DNA of 50,848 bases, filler included, from Catajapyx aquilonaris (Eukaryota): NCBI GenBank assembly GCA_000934665.2. It is 3 parts of 3 records of this genome, joined end to end, with 100 filler letters (N's around TTAATTAATTAA, not from the genome) between each part and the next. Parts side by side here need not be neighbours in the genome. Positions count along the whole stretch, not along the records: positions 1 to 16,890 come from JYFJ02007082.1; positions 16,991 to 33,885 come from JYFJ02007083.1; 1 more part is not named here. One strand, 5' to 3'. This document shows, piece after piece, positions 10,774 through 21,164 of the stretch (the first letter of the stretch is position 1; each line of letters opens with the position of its first letter). The notes below the pieces were generated by a model. It made no database searches. It was not told the origin of the DNA and saw only the letters and a program-made list of their open reading frames with translations. Position numbers and translations under genes: made by a program.

Positions 10774-10901
10774 GTCATATCATCGTAACTTTACAGGAGA
10801 GCCTTTTTAAATAATTCAGTAAGGGTTGAAATAGGAAGGGCGATTTTCACAATCGATTCAAACACTTCTTTGGTTACGTCTGGTAGACGGAGACCAGGAA
10901 A

Positions 10902-11275
10902 TTGAGCCCAGAAAGTGACATGGCAAGCAAGTGGTGGTGGGGTCATTACAAGCAACGATATGGGCTCACCCTGAGGGTTCCTGAAAATCTTGCTGCATAT
11001 CGTGCGTCAATGGCCAATCCAGTAGTGATCCAGGACTTCCATGATAAACTGGAGAACTTGCTCTCTGTGCTGGGAATTAGTGGCATGCCAAGCCGACTGT
11101 GGAATTGTTATGAGACTGGCCTCAGTTATGTAGTGAAGGGAGGAAAAGTAGTCACAGCTATTGGGAAGAGGTATGTCTACAAAAGGACATATGCTGACCG
11201 GGGTGAAACGCACACACTGCTTGGTTGTGTATGCGCTGATGGCCATGGGATTCCTCCACTTGTGATTTTCAAAGG
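10902..11275 (+). pseudogene. Second, distinct pogo/Tigger transposase fragment
   Basis: LTLRVPENL..RAS, LWNCYETG (first catalytic D replaced by Y), RGETHTLLGCVCADG..IPPLVIFKG. Confidence 0.85.
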
Positions 11276-12259
11276 TTTGTTAGGTTATTAATAGGCCTAA
11301 TTAACATGGAGTCAGTAGCCTTTGCAGAGTATTAATCCAGGAACGAGTGCCGTGTGTCTCACATTGGGGTGTACATTCATACAAAGCAACCATGGCTTTG
11401 CTGCAGCCTTTGCTTAAAGTAGGAAGGGTGCAGACATGTGAATTTCAGCAGCAGGACATGTCTTCAGGGCAGTACTACTCCAATTTACGGAAACAGGAGA
11501 TATTTTTCTCAGTAAAGAGAAAAAGGGTCCCTCAAAAAACCTATGAAAAAGCAGATCCTCAGGAGAAAAAAGAGTTGCAGGATATTCTGCAGGGAAAATC
11601 ACTTGTTTTAAATTCAGCACAAAACAACTCCGATCATCAGTATACCTGAGGGGCCATCCATAAAATTACGAGTATCTTACCAGGGTTTTTGAAAATAGTG
11701 GAAAAGTGTCAATTTATGGACAGTCCCTGATTAGTGACACTTTTGACTGAGATAATGTATGTACTGTGTACTGATGTAAATAAATTGCTTTTTGTGTGAA
11801 ACATTACCAGGGTGATTTTTCTCTTTTACCCACCTCTGCAACTTGCCCAAAAAATATTTATCATGTGTCCATTCCTTGAGTTGTTCATTTCCAGAAACTG
11901 TATCTCGGTACTGTATCAAGAAGTACGAAAGTATGCCGCCACTTCTCCCCGTCTATGATTGGACGGATAGCTGTGAGGTTCAGCTGTCCCCAGACGTTTG
12001 TGTAAATCAGTGGGAGGATCACGTATGCGGTATGCCATTCGGTAGGGGACGGCGAGGCCGAGAACGTGCTCCTCTGTTCACTGTTGGTTATGCGGTTCTA
12101 GTTCTTGCCTTCTTCGCTTCTAGGTTGTGTTGCGCTGCTTGGCGCAGTGCCGCAGCCCCGCAGTGTACAATGTGACAAGTGGTACATCGTCTTCTTGCCA
12201 TGGCAAGCCCTGTTCCAGCAGCAGTGGCACTGTTCTACCACACGATGAGAGCAGCAAGA

Positions 12260-13106
12260 TTATTTCTGAACTGGACATTGGACTGGCAGCCGAAAAAGAT
12301 GTAAATGAGTGACCAGAATGATATGGTTATCTTACCAAGCCTTGGACTCCAACAAGAGTCCATCATTTTCAGGCAGTGTTTCAAGGTAAGCTGGAACACC
12401 AAGGCAGTTAGGCAGGGGTAGCCTAACCCACCTAGTAATAAAGCACATACTATCGTTCAAGATCAGATTTTTCACATGGCCGAATATTTTCTTGCAGGGG
12501 AAAAAGGCAGAACTTCTCCAATGCCGTGGCTGAATGAGTTCTCGTGGTTGGCATATAGTGCAGCAAAGAAAGGAGGGTAGTGCGTCGTATGCGTCCTCTT
12601 TGCGCACGGGGGTAGAGGCTTCCAGAAACTTGGTACCATAGTGACCCAACCCCTGGCAAAATATAAAGACGCCCTCCCAAGAACTGAGGGCGCATCAAAT
12701 GAAAGAGTACCGCAAAACTGCTTTGTTGCACGCATCCGAATTTAAGAAAGTCTTTGGGGGCGCAGTTCCCAATGTCGAGGTTTAAAATAATTGTGCGGTG
12801 AAAGCAAACATTGATGTTAATCGTAGCGGCATACTGCCTATTATTCAAACTATTTTTTTTTTTTGGTGGAAGACAGAATTTGAGCCTCCAAGGTCATAGA
12901 GACACAGGATCTATTGATGTGGATGCGTACCATCAAAATGAGTGAAACGTCAGGGAACTGTTAAAATTTCGTGTTAGATCTGAAGATAGGGGCTTGGAAA
13001 ATCACTCTAAAAATTCTCCAAAAAACGCCTTGTTCATGAGCAACACTGTGCAAAGTGACATTGTTGCCTGTTGTGCATCTTTAATTCGGACCAAGATTGT
13101 AAGTCA
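12260..13106 (+). pseudogene. hAT transposase relic (ZMYM1-like; TTF-type Zn finger plus DUF4371 region)
   Basis: Manual translation across frameshifts: WLNEFSWLAYS..CVVCVLF; GRQNLSLQGHRD; RELLKFRVRSEDRGLENH..SPKNALFMSNTVQSDIV. Confidence 0.75.
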
Positions 13107-13109
13107 ATA

Positions 13110-13910
13110 ATAGCCAATGACTACATTGAAGTGGAAGCATACATAACATTTGTTGATGGATCCAGCAATCTTCTCCTCCAGACAGCAAAAAGCCTGGCTA
13201 CTTTGGGCGCCGTCAAAGAGACATATAAGCTGCGTGCAGAGGCTGTAGCTTCCTGAGACATTACCAGCACCGCCTACACTAAGAAGCGAAGCAGAAATAA
13301 CGTGAGCAACACCTCCCTGAAGTACGACGCATGGGGAAACGCGACTAGTATGTCTAAGGAGTTTCTCCAGGGCATTACTAGTCTGCAAACCACACTGACG
13401 TGCCCAACCACAAAATGCCAACGTCGTAATAGGCACAAGTATGTTGTTTTGGATACAAACTCCAATATAATGTGTAATGAAGGCTTTCCCTGCTTGGAAG
13501 AAGCAGTTGCGAAGCCATTGAACATTGCTTTGGCAAAGGGGTCCAAGAATATACTCGGGTCAGTCCAAGTGTATTCCACCTTGCTCTGCATCTCCAGATT
13601 TAATAATTGAGAGATACCATCACCTGCTAATTGATCGGGATTATTTGGGCTCAAAGTTGCCTCTTTCAGGAAAGCTCACCTTCAACCGACTGCACAAGTT
13701 GGCTGAACACCCTCCATCATTGCACGTCGCAGGAAAAACTTATGTTCTGCTGGGTGTAGTGGCACACCACCCTGGGCACTACACGGCCTACACGCGCAGG
13801 ATTGCTGGCGAGACTTGGGATCACCACGAGGAACTCTCAAGGAGTGTGGTGGTAAATGTAAGACCAACCCAAGAAGTCGTGCCACACCTCTTTTATGTAT
13901 CTCCCTAGTA
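13110..13910 (+). pseudogene. C-terminal region of a NOF-like element with a USP-type His box
   Basis: YVLLGVVAHHPGHYTAYTRR...W....L...VVPHLFY, preceded by YDAWGN..TLTC....C. Several frameshifts. Confidence 0.55.
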
Positions 13911-14439
13911 GTGTAATTTTAATAAATGTATTGTTAGCATATGTATCCAACCCCTGCCAACGCTACTTCCACTATGGTCAGCAAAGAAATTGGGATCCTT
14001 GTAGGGCAGCTTGTCACTCTTTTTCGTACGCCGCCAAGGGCGCTGGTGGAAAAGGCCCTTCGCCGCTATACAGGGTGTTCCAAATTCGTGGGTGGTTTTT
14101 TAAATAACTCATATCACCCAATAGTAGTTTTTTGTAACTCCTAACCAGGTACCCAAATCTATAGCTATTGCTATATTGTAGTGTTCTGGTTTCCTCCCCC
14201 ACTTCGGCGAAATGGGGAAGGTCCTCTCACCCACTGTATTCCTTTCTCGTGTCCCCCTATTTTCCCACGGCCCCCTTTCTTGAGGCCGCATCGTATGACC
14301 ACACTCTTGAATTCCACCGTAAAAATGCCCCCAAAAATGCAACTTATATGAGTAATAGGATCCAAAATTATCTTCTGCAATTTTATACAACGTTATGATC
14401 CAGAACATCATCACCACACTGCGAGGTGAGACAGGTGCA

Positions 14440-14530
14440 ATAATTGCAGATGAAACAAGCGACTGTGGACACAATGAGCAGATGACTATTGTATTGCGAT
14501 ACTTTGATGACGAGAAGAACACTCCAAATT
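14440..14530 (+). pseudogene. Continuation of the hAT transposase (first catalytic Asp)
   Basis: IIADETSDCGHNEQMTIVLRYFD is the segment expected shortly after the 13106 breakpoint. Confidence 0.75.
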
Positions 14531-14534
14531 TTTG

Positions 14535-14820
14535 AGAAAGGAAGGGGCACAAATGGGTAATTCCACGGGAACAAACAAGGGGATTTAAAGAGCTAATTAA
14601 ATATTTAGAATCGAAAGAGAGGGACCACTTGCTAAACGAGACGTATAAACTTGAAGAAATGTTAGCGGGGTTGACAGAATCTTTCACGATCAGGAGTGGG
14701 CGCAGTCGCCGAGGGCTAATTAACGCAGACGGAAAAAGTTCTGACGAAAAAAGTAAGAGCAATGACGACACGTTGCATTTGATGGAAAAGCAAACCTGCT
14801 TAATGGGGCAAATTAATTAA
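14535..14820 (+). pseudogene. Errantivirus env / baculovirus F-like fusion protein fragment
   Basis: RSRR|GLINADGK (furin site plus fusion-peptide start, 14701-14736), followed by TLHLMEKQTCLM. Appears internally deleted. Confidence 0.5.
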
Positions 14821-14829
14821 CATGTCGCA

Positions 14830-15306
14830 AGNAGAAACGCAAGACTTCATAACAGCAGAAATAAATGCAGAATTTGGGTGACACTGTGGAGGTCTTTGAC
14901 TGGAAGTCCAGTATGGCTGGTGCAGTCAAATCAGCAGCAGGATTACACTTCCAGACATCCCGGTGCAAACGTATCATAGTCAGCCGGGTGCGAAGAAAGG
15001 TTAAGTTCGAGAGAAGCCACCTATGAAACGGACGTCAATGGAAAGCGATTCATATTGAAGAGGGGGAAAACATTCCAGTCCATTACGCCAGCACTTCTGC
15101 CGAAGGGACATCCTATAAGCGTGGCGAAAATGACAGACGTGAAGAAATTGTTAACGAGGCGGTTCGGTGAAGACTGGATGGACCTTCCAGGGCTAGTGTA
15201 TTATAAGAACGTTTCAGCCGGGTCACAGATTGACTGTCATGATGATGAAGACGTTGACGAAGAGTGCACAAGCACGGAAAGTTGGGAACACGGAGGTTTC
15301 GTATAG
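14830..15306 (+). pseudogene. C-terminal fragment of a probable DNA-transposon protein (superfamily uncertain)
   Basis: VFDWK..LHFQTSRCKRII..KRGK..PISVAKMTDVKKLL..FGEDW..YYK with an acidic tail. A weakly similar C-terminus (PLNVNKY..KLV..WYYQAL) occurs at ~7120-7220. Confidence 0.4.
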
Positions 15307-16890
15307 CCGATGAAACACTCTTCTGCTGTACCACCTGTGGCATTATCCGGAATTTTTTGGTTTGTACCTTGCACGTCAATTTTGTATCATTATTCAGATA
15401 ATAAAACTTCTGTCTCATCACACAATAACAATCATTGCGCCATCAGTTAGCAGTCATTTCCTTAGTGTAGTCAACTCCAGTCATGAATAGTTGATGCAAA
15501 CCCCTGCGAAGTCCATAAGTGGTTGCAGCAGAACCCACAAGATCCAAACCATCCATTCGCCTCACGGCCGTGTTGTTATGCTTTGATTTTCAAACAGTAT
15601 GTCGTTTTGTAGGGAATATGAACATGAAGCAAATGAAATCGGAATCGTTGTCCTAGGTATCGTGGGTGAAGTGTGGGAGAATATTCTCCTTTTCTGAAAA
15701 AAAGTTTATGATGGATCTTGCGGGTGTTGCTTTATCGCTCCTCATGTGTAATCTCGCCTTGATTAAAGAGCCCCAACCCTTCTAGGGTCCGGCGCCGAAC
15801 CTACCCCAATTCCAACCCTAATCATAATTAAATCCCTAATCTGACCATCTGTTTCATTGAGATGGCTATAATGAATGCGAAACACACTGATTTAGTGTTA
15901 TTCTGCAGTGCAGATCCGAGTATCTTGATCTTGCCGATCCACGCTTACCAAGAGGTCATAATCTGATGCATAGGTTGACATTTATTTTAAGCATATGCTA
16001 CCAGTTCTTGTTAAGCCCAGAGCTTTTTTGAGATTGGTAAATTACTTAAAAACAAATTTTCAATTGATCTGTTGAAACTCAGTTCAACGAATCACAGTAC
16101 ACTACACAAAATGATCAGCACACTACTTCGCTTCTTGAACAGCATCTCAGCATAAGTCATAAGGTGGCTCGCTGCAAATGAGCGCGAGACAATTAAAATT
16201 TCCTCTGATGCACCCCCACAACTTTCTCGAATGCATACCTTAATTTCAGGCAACATACAATTTTTTTTTTGTGCGAGACTGGCAAGAAAATATTGAACAC
16301 AAAGTGGCAAACCTGGTGTATGCCCAACTATGGATATCATATAAGGACTCTGCGGCAGCGACGGAATGACGAAGAGAAAATATTTGCGACCACAGTGCGA
16401 GGTGGACGTTCAACGCCCTGTGACGGTAACTATACTACGCAATGGAAATCAACTGCGTCCTGTATCAGTTAGTGGACCAAACAAGTCAACAGAGAGGCAA
16501 AGAAGGAAAATCGGGCAAAGAAAAACGCTAAATTTAGCAGAACATACATTTAGAAAGTAAACCTGAGTGCTGGTAAGACACAGGGTATGTCAAGGGAAAT
16601 GTAACAGGCCTGCAGAGTGGACCATCGCCACATTTATCACAAGGTGTATTGACACACACACACACGGGCAAGTGAGAAAGACCTCCTAAAACTGGTCTGG
16701 TTTCAGCTGAAACCACCTGAAATCGTCGGTTTCTGGAATTGGAAGGGGGTTCTAGGCAACTGGCTACCCCCTTGATTCCAGAGCATTTCACCTCTTGCTG
16801 CTCCAAGTCTTCGCCACCCACCATTGAATGTGTCGCACTCATCACTGCGACGGACGTGAGAACCCAGTGGAAGGTGGAACCACATATATC

Positions 16891-16990
16891 NNNNNNNNNN
16901 NNNNNNNNNNNNNNNNNNNNNNNNNNNNNNNNNNTTAATTAATTAANNNNNNNNNNNNNNNNNNNNNNNNNNNNNNNNNNNNNNNNNNNN
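16891..16990. other. Assembly gap with artificial TTAATTAATTAA linker
   Basis: N44-TTAATTAATTAA-N44; the linker has stops in all frames. Confidence 0.97.
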
Positions 16991-17608
16991 ACACGATTTT
17001 GTATGCCTATGTCATAGAAGTCTGCCGCAAGCTATTTCCGCGACCCCTGAACGCTGGATTGCAATTCTTCTTCATTGTCAACATTATATGCTTTGCAAGC
17101 CATTTCTTCCTGTCCATGGACAGGTAGTAATCGCTAGGCTCCAAATCACAAGTGATCAAACAATTCTCACTTGAATTGTTGCAGCAGGGTTCCAGCACGT
17201 AAAGACAGTAGGCAGACGGGCATTGTCCAATGGTCTGTCGGCAATATTATACCGATACGTTCCTTATTAATGGCCATCCTTATCTTCTGTAATGTCTCAC
17301 AATAACCCTTTTGGATTGATCAAACGTAGCGTTGAGTTTCGTGGTGTTTTCTTGCGCGACAGTGCCTGTCTGCCTAGTGCCTTGCGTATACTGGAACCAT
17401 GCCCCAACAATACAAGTATATTCAAATGTGAATTGTTAGATCACCCGGGCAAGGTTGCACCCGGGATTTAGAGCCTAGCAATAATGACCACCTGTAAATG
17501 GACAGGAATAAATGGCTTGCAAAGCAGAATGTTGACGATGACGAGGAATTGCATTCCAGCGTTCAGGGGTCGCGAAAATTACTTCTATGACATAAACATA
17601 CAAAATAT

Positions 17609-17860
17609 TGGGGAGGTGCGGTGGCAGTGGCAGAGATGGCTTGCTGTGTGAAAGGTCCCAGGTTCGACACCCGCCTGGGAGTTCCCTTTCACCTGCGTCG
17701 GGAGGGTCTCTGACCCTTACCTTGGAGGTGTCTGGCAACCACCTAACCTCCTGGGGGACATGCACATGGCTCAAACTTGAGACATTGCACCTGCACCTAC
17801 GTTCCCTCCCCAAAAATCCCTACCCTTACCCAATGTCCTTGATTTCCCTGCACCGGAGAT
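17609..17860 (+). mobile_element. tRNA-derived SINE
   Basis: A-box-like GGTGGCAGTGG, B-box GGTTCGACACC (~17661), GC-rich body and A-rich 3' end. No full cloverleaf. Confidence 0.5.
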
Positions 17861-18094
17861 GAATAAAAACCAAAAATAATTAAGAAAATATGGTGGTATC
17901 CCACGTCCCCTAAAAAAAACCACTGGCTCTATCACAGGGTAGAAGAAGAAGACATACAAAATCGTGTGTAACTCAATGAAAAATGCCTCGATTTGGCTGG
18001 AAACTATTTTGCAAAAATGTAGACAGTTGTCGATTTCAGATGTGTAAAAATAAAAATTCTGGGGGTGCATTGGAATTTGTCTAATTTATAAAAA

Positions 18095-18124
18095 ACGGAA
18101 CTTACTTTCTGGATGCGCCTCGTA
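18095..18124. mobile_element. Isolated mariner-type terminal inverted repeat
   Basis: Reverse complement reads TA-CGAGGCGCATCCAGAAAGTAAG. Confidence 0.45.
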
Positions 18125-18134
18125 TCATTCTGCA

Positions 18135-18309
18135 AGCTCTGCCGTCAGTTGTAAGAAGACCGTAACTCAAAAACTAGTAAGGGCGAAAGTCGCATGCATG
18201 CCGTGCACTAATCCACCCTGGCTCAGAGGGGATTAGTGCAGGGCGTGCATGCGACTTTCGCCCTTAGTGGTTTTCGAGTTACGGTCTTCTTACATCTGAC
18301 GGCAGAGCT
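18135..18309. repeat. 175-bp foldback palindrome (MITE-like)
   Basis: ~80-bp arms AGCTCTGCCGTCAG...CACTAATCC / GGATTAGTG...CTGACGGCAGAGCT around a ~15-nt loop. Confidence 0.85.
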
Positions 18310-18390
18310 GCCTAGGAGAAAAAGCTGCCAATTAGCTGCTTTTATTTCATTATAGGAATCAGAATTAAAAATTATGCAAATAATATTAAA

Positions 18391-18575
18391 AGGGAATTAG
18401 GGAAAGTATTTACGATATGTATTTAAATACTTCTGTATTTAAATACTCAGAAATGTATTGAAATACAGTATTTAAATACAGGAAAATCAATGTAGTTATA
18501 AATACATATCTAAATACCAAGAAGTATTTAAATACGTATTTAAATACATTTGTATTTAAATACTGCCCATCCCTG
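18391..18575. mobile_element. hAT-type non-autonomous element with palindromic GTATTTAAATAC repeats
   Basis: Six exact GTATTTAAATAC units; ends in GCCCATCCCTG (CAGGGATGGGC-type TIR). Left end decayed. Confidence 0.6.
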
Positions 18576-21164
18576 TGTATTTATAACACAAAGTGATAGG
18601 TTTAAGCTCGATTTAATTTCCTATTAATACAAGCATGCATAATTATTGTGTATCATGGCTTATAATTGAAATCGGTGAAGAACTTCTAAAAAAAACTCAA
18701 ACAAATGAGAACTTGGAAACACTTCACATAACGTAAGTCACCTGAAAATGGATGGGTTCATCATTCAAAGTGAAGGTACAAGTGGTCTTCACTGATGCAT
18801 TCACATAAGCGCAACAGTTGTGTCATCAGAGACTTGCAGTTCAGTTGAAAAATGCTGTCCTGTACATATTTTCAAGAGTTGATGTTATTTATAATTCTTA
18901 AATTTATTGATTAGTTATAAGGGGATGTACAAACTCGAAAGCAATTAAGACCTTACATTGTTGCATAGTAATAGTGCTTAAATTATTACACTGCAGCCTC
19001 AATGTGAGGCAGTGAAACCCACAATGTAGTTCTAGTCTGACTCAGACTAGAAAAAGATGCAATTACATGTTGCTGTAAGGGTGTCACTCAGGGGGTAGGG
19101 AATGATGCCTAGTTTTCGCAAGACATCCGTGGGCATCCACCTGAGTTTAGGCCACCCCCCACCTTTTCCACATCACAGAACAGAATTCCCCCATACCCCC
19201 CAGGGTACTTCCAAACTGAAATAGCTGAATGCCACATCAGGTTTTAATTCATGCTGCCTTATCCTTTTTTTAAACTCTGCAGCAGGTGTCTTGAAACCAG
19301 GCATCATTCCCTACTCCTGGCCTTGACCTTACACCAACATGGAAGTGCAACTTTTTTTCTTGTCTGATCAGAGGTGCACTGGATCAGCTACAGAGAAGCT
19401 GACAAAGGAGTTAGAATTCAAGGCCTTGTCAAGAGGCATTCCTGCTGGTCATGTGATATGAGGTAAGGAATTCAGACTTGGCTGATTTGGATCATGTTCC
19501 TGCAAGGATATATCAGTGTGAACTTGGAAGTAATAAAAGTCTTCTAACTCATATAGTGTGTTACTATTGCTCACTTTTCCAGTAACAGTAATGTTTATCC
19601 CAATTTGTCAGCACTCAACCTGCAGTCCCAAGTATGACTCGGTGAGCAACCCATTTTAAATCGGAAAAATTAGACACTACATCAAACAGGTCCACCTGCA
19701 ATTCCAGTGTCCGGGTGAGGAGAGAGTCCACGTTTCAGTTGACAGTGCAGTCACCCACAATAATGCCATCAACCGCCCTGTGGAATTCCTTAACTCCCTG
19801 AACTCACCAGGTGTAACCACTCACACTCAATTTTCCATCTTACATTGTGATAAGGTAATAAAAGAATATTGATAATATATTAGATTATTTAAAATGGTTA
19901 ATATTTTACTTATAGTTTAGCCCACACTGGATTGCCTCTTTTTAAATGTCACATGATTATATCCATCACAACAGTTCATCACACAAAACTACAAATTACA
20001 ATATTTGGGGCTGTATTTTTTCCCCAATTTAACCGCATTTTCTATTAATGTGGTTTACTGTAATCAATAATGCCGGACTTATTATTGTCAAGCATCCCAG
20101 CAGGAAAGAAGTCCCAAAAATAATAGAGATAGTGTAGCCGTTGTTATAAGCATAATAAGGCATTACTGCATGCAGGCCAAATTACGCACGCTAGGGCATG
20201 GTAACTTCTTCGGGGATTCCCACCTCCCCCTGCCTGAGCCAATCCCCGCTTCTCCTATTGCACATCTTGCATCATGGGAATTTCTATCTCTTGAGAATAA
20301 TAATATGAGTATGCAAACATTTCAATTAATTCAGTGTCTAAATATTCTGCAGGCTACATGCCAATTTTTTTCCTCATATTTTAGCAGACCACACAAAGAG
20401 GATGTCAATAGACAAACGGAAGCAAAATTCTTGCCTATGAAAGCAAAAGAAAGGTTCCAATGGCCTCTTCCTCCACTTCGACCTTTGTCCGTGTATATAG
20501 GCCTATTTTCTGTCGATGTAACTGATTCACCAGCGACAAGTTGCGGTTGTAGTCAGAGTATGCATATACTGTATGTTATTTCGGGCTCGGTTATCGTACC
20601 ACAACATATCTTGTGAGTGTTGAGTGAGAATTAGTCATTAGCATATTCCTGGGCAGTAAGTACAGAATATATTTTATTTGTATTGATTGAATGATTGTAT
20701 GACCAAAAATCAGATGTACTTGCAAAGAAATAAGTTTACAGTTAAGTTCCGCCGATTATACAAGTAGGACCTTGAGTCTAATAAAAGTTATTTCACACTC
20801 GCATCTTTCCATGCAGACGAGACATTATGTGAATATCGCCTCAATAATAGGCATTGAAGAGGAAAGTAACGGTCGCATAATATGACGCTCTTTCAAATCA
20901 AACGGCCTTTTTTGAAGCCTATATAGAAAAGGCCGTTCAAATAATGAAAACCCGTTTCATTACCGTACTTTACATTCGCATTCAACATTGCAGAAACAGC
21001 AGCCCGTCTATGAGCTATGCGGCGTCACCACTACTTATCGAAACCGCTTTGTTTGATGATAATACTAGGACTTTCACATACAGGTGACGTCACCACCTTA
21101 ACCCTGTGACAAATCATATGCAGTATACAGTGTATACACTCGTTATAACGTATTTTAATTACAG

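Noticed and set aside
11649..11675. GGGGCCATCCATAAAATTACG as a Zator-like TIR
   Set aside because: Single short match with no partner end or transposase.
16250..16340. THAP-like C-terminal remnant (FVRD...KPGVCPT)
   Set aside because: Needs frameshifts and lacks the Zn ligands; too weak.
16935..16946. TTAATTAATTAA inside N runs (also 33930-33941)
   Set aside because: Identical N44-linker-N44 format twice indicates an assembly spacer, not biology. Adjacency across the gaps is unverified.
17609..17690. tRNA gene (also 35267-35345)
   Set aside because: A/B boxes are present but there is no acceptor or anticodon stem; treated as SINE heads.
18415..18565. CRISPR-like array of GTATTTAAATAC
   Set aside because: 12-bp units with irregular short spacing, eukaryotic context, no cas genes, and a hAT-type end.
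20560..20620. Candidate VgR first exon (MLFRARLSYHNIS|gtgagt); also 30067-30106 and ~30355-30438 for copy 2
   Set aside because: Either not hydrophobic or not phase-compatible; cannot be assigned without cDNA.
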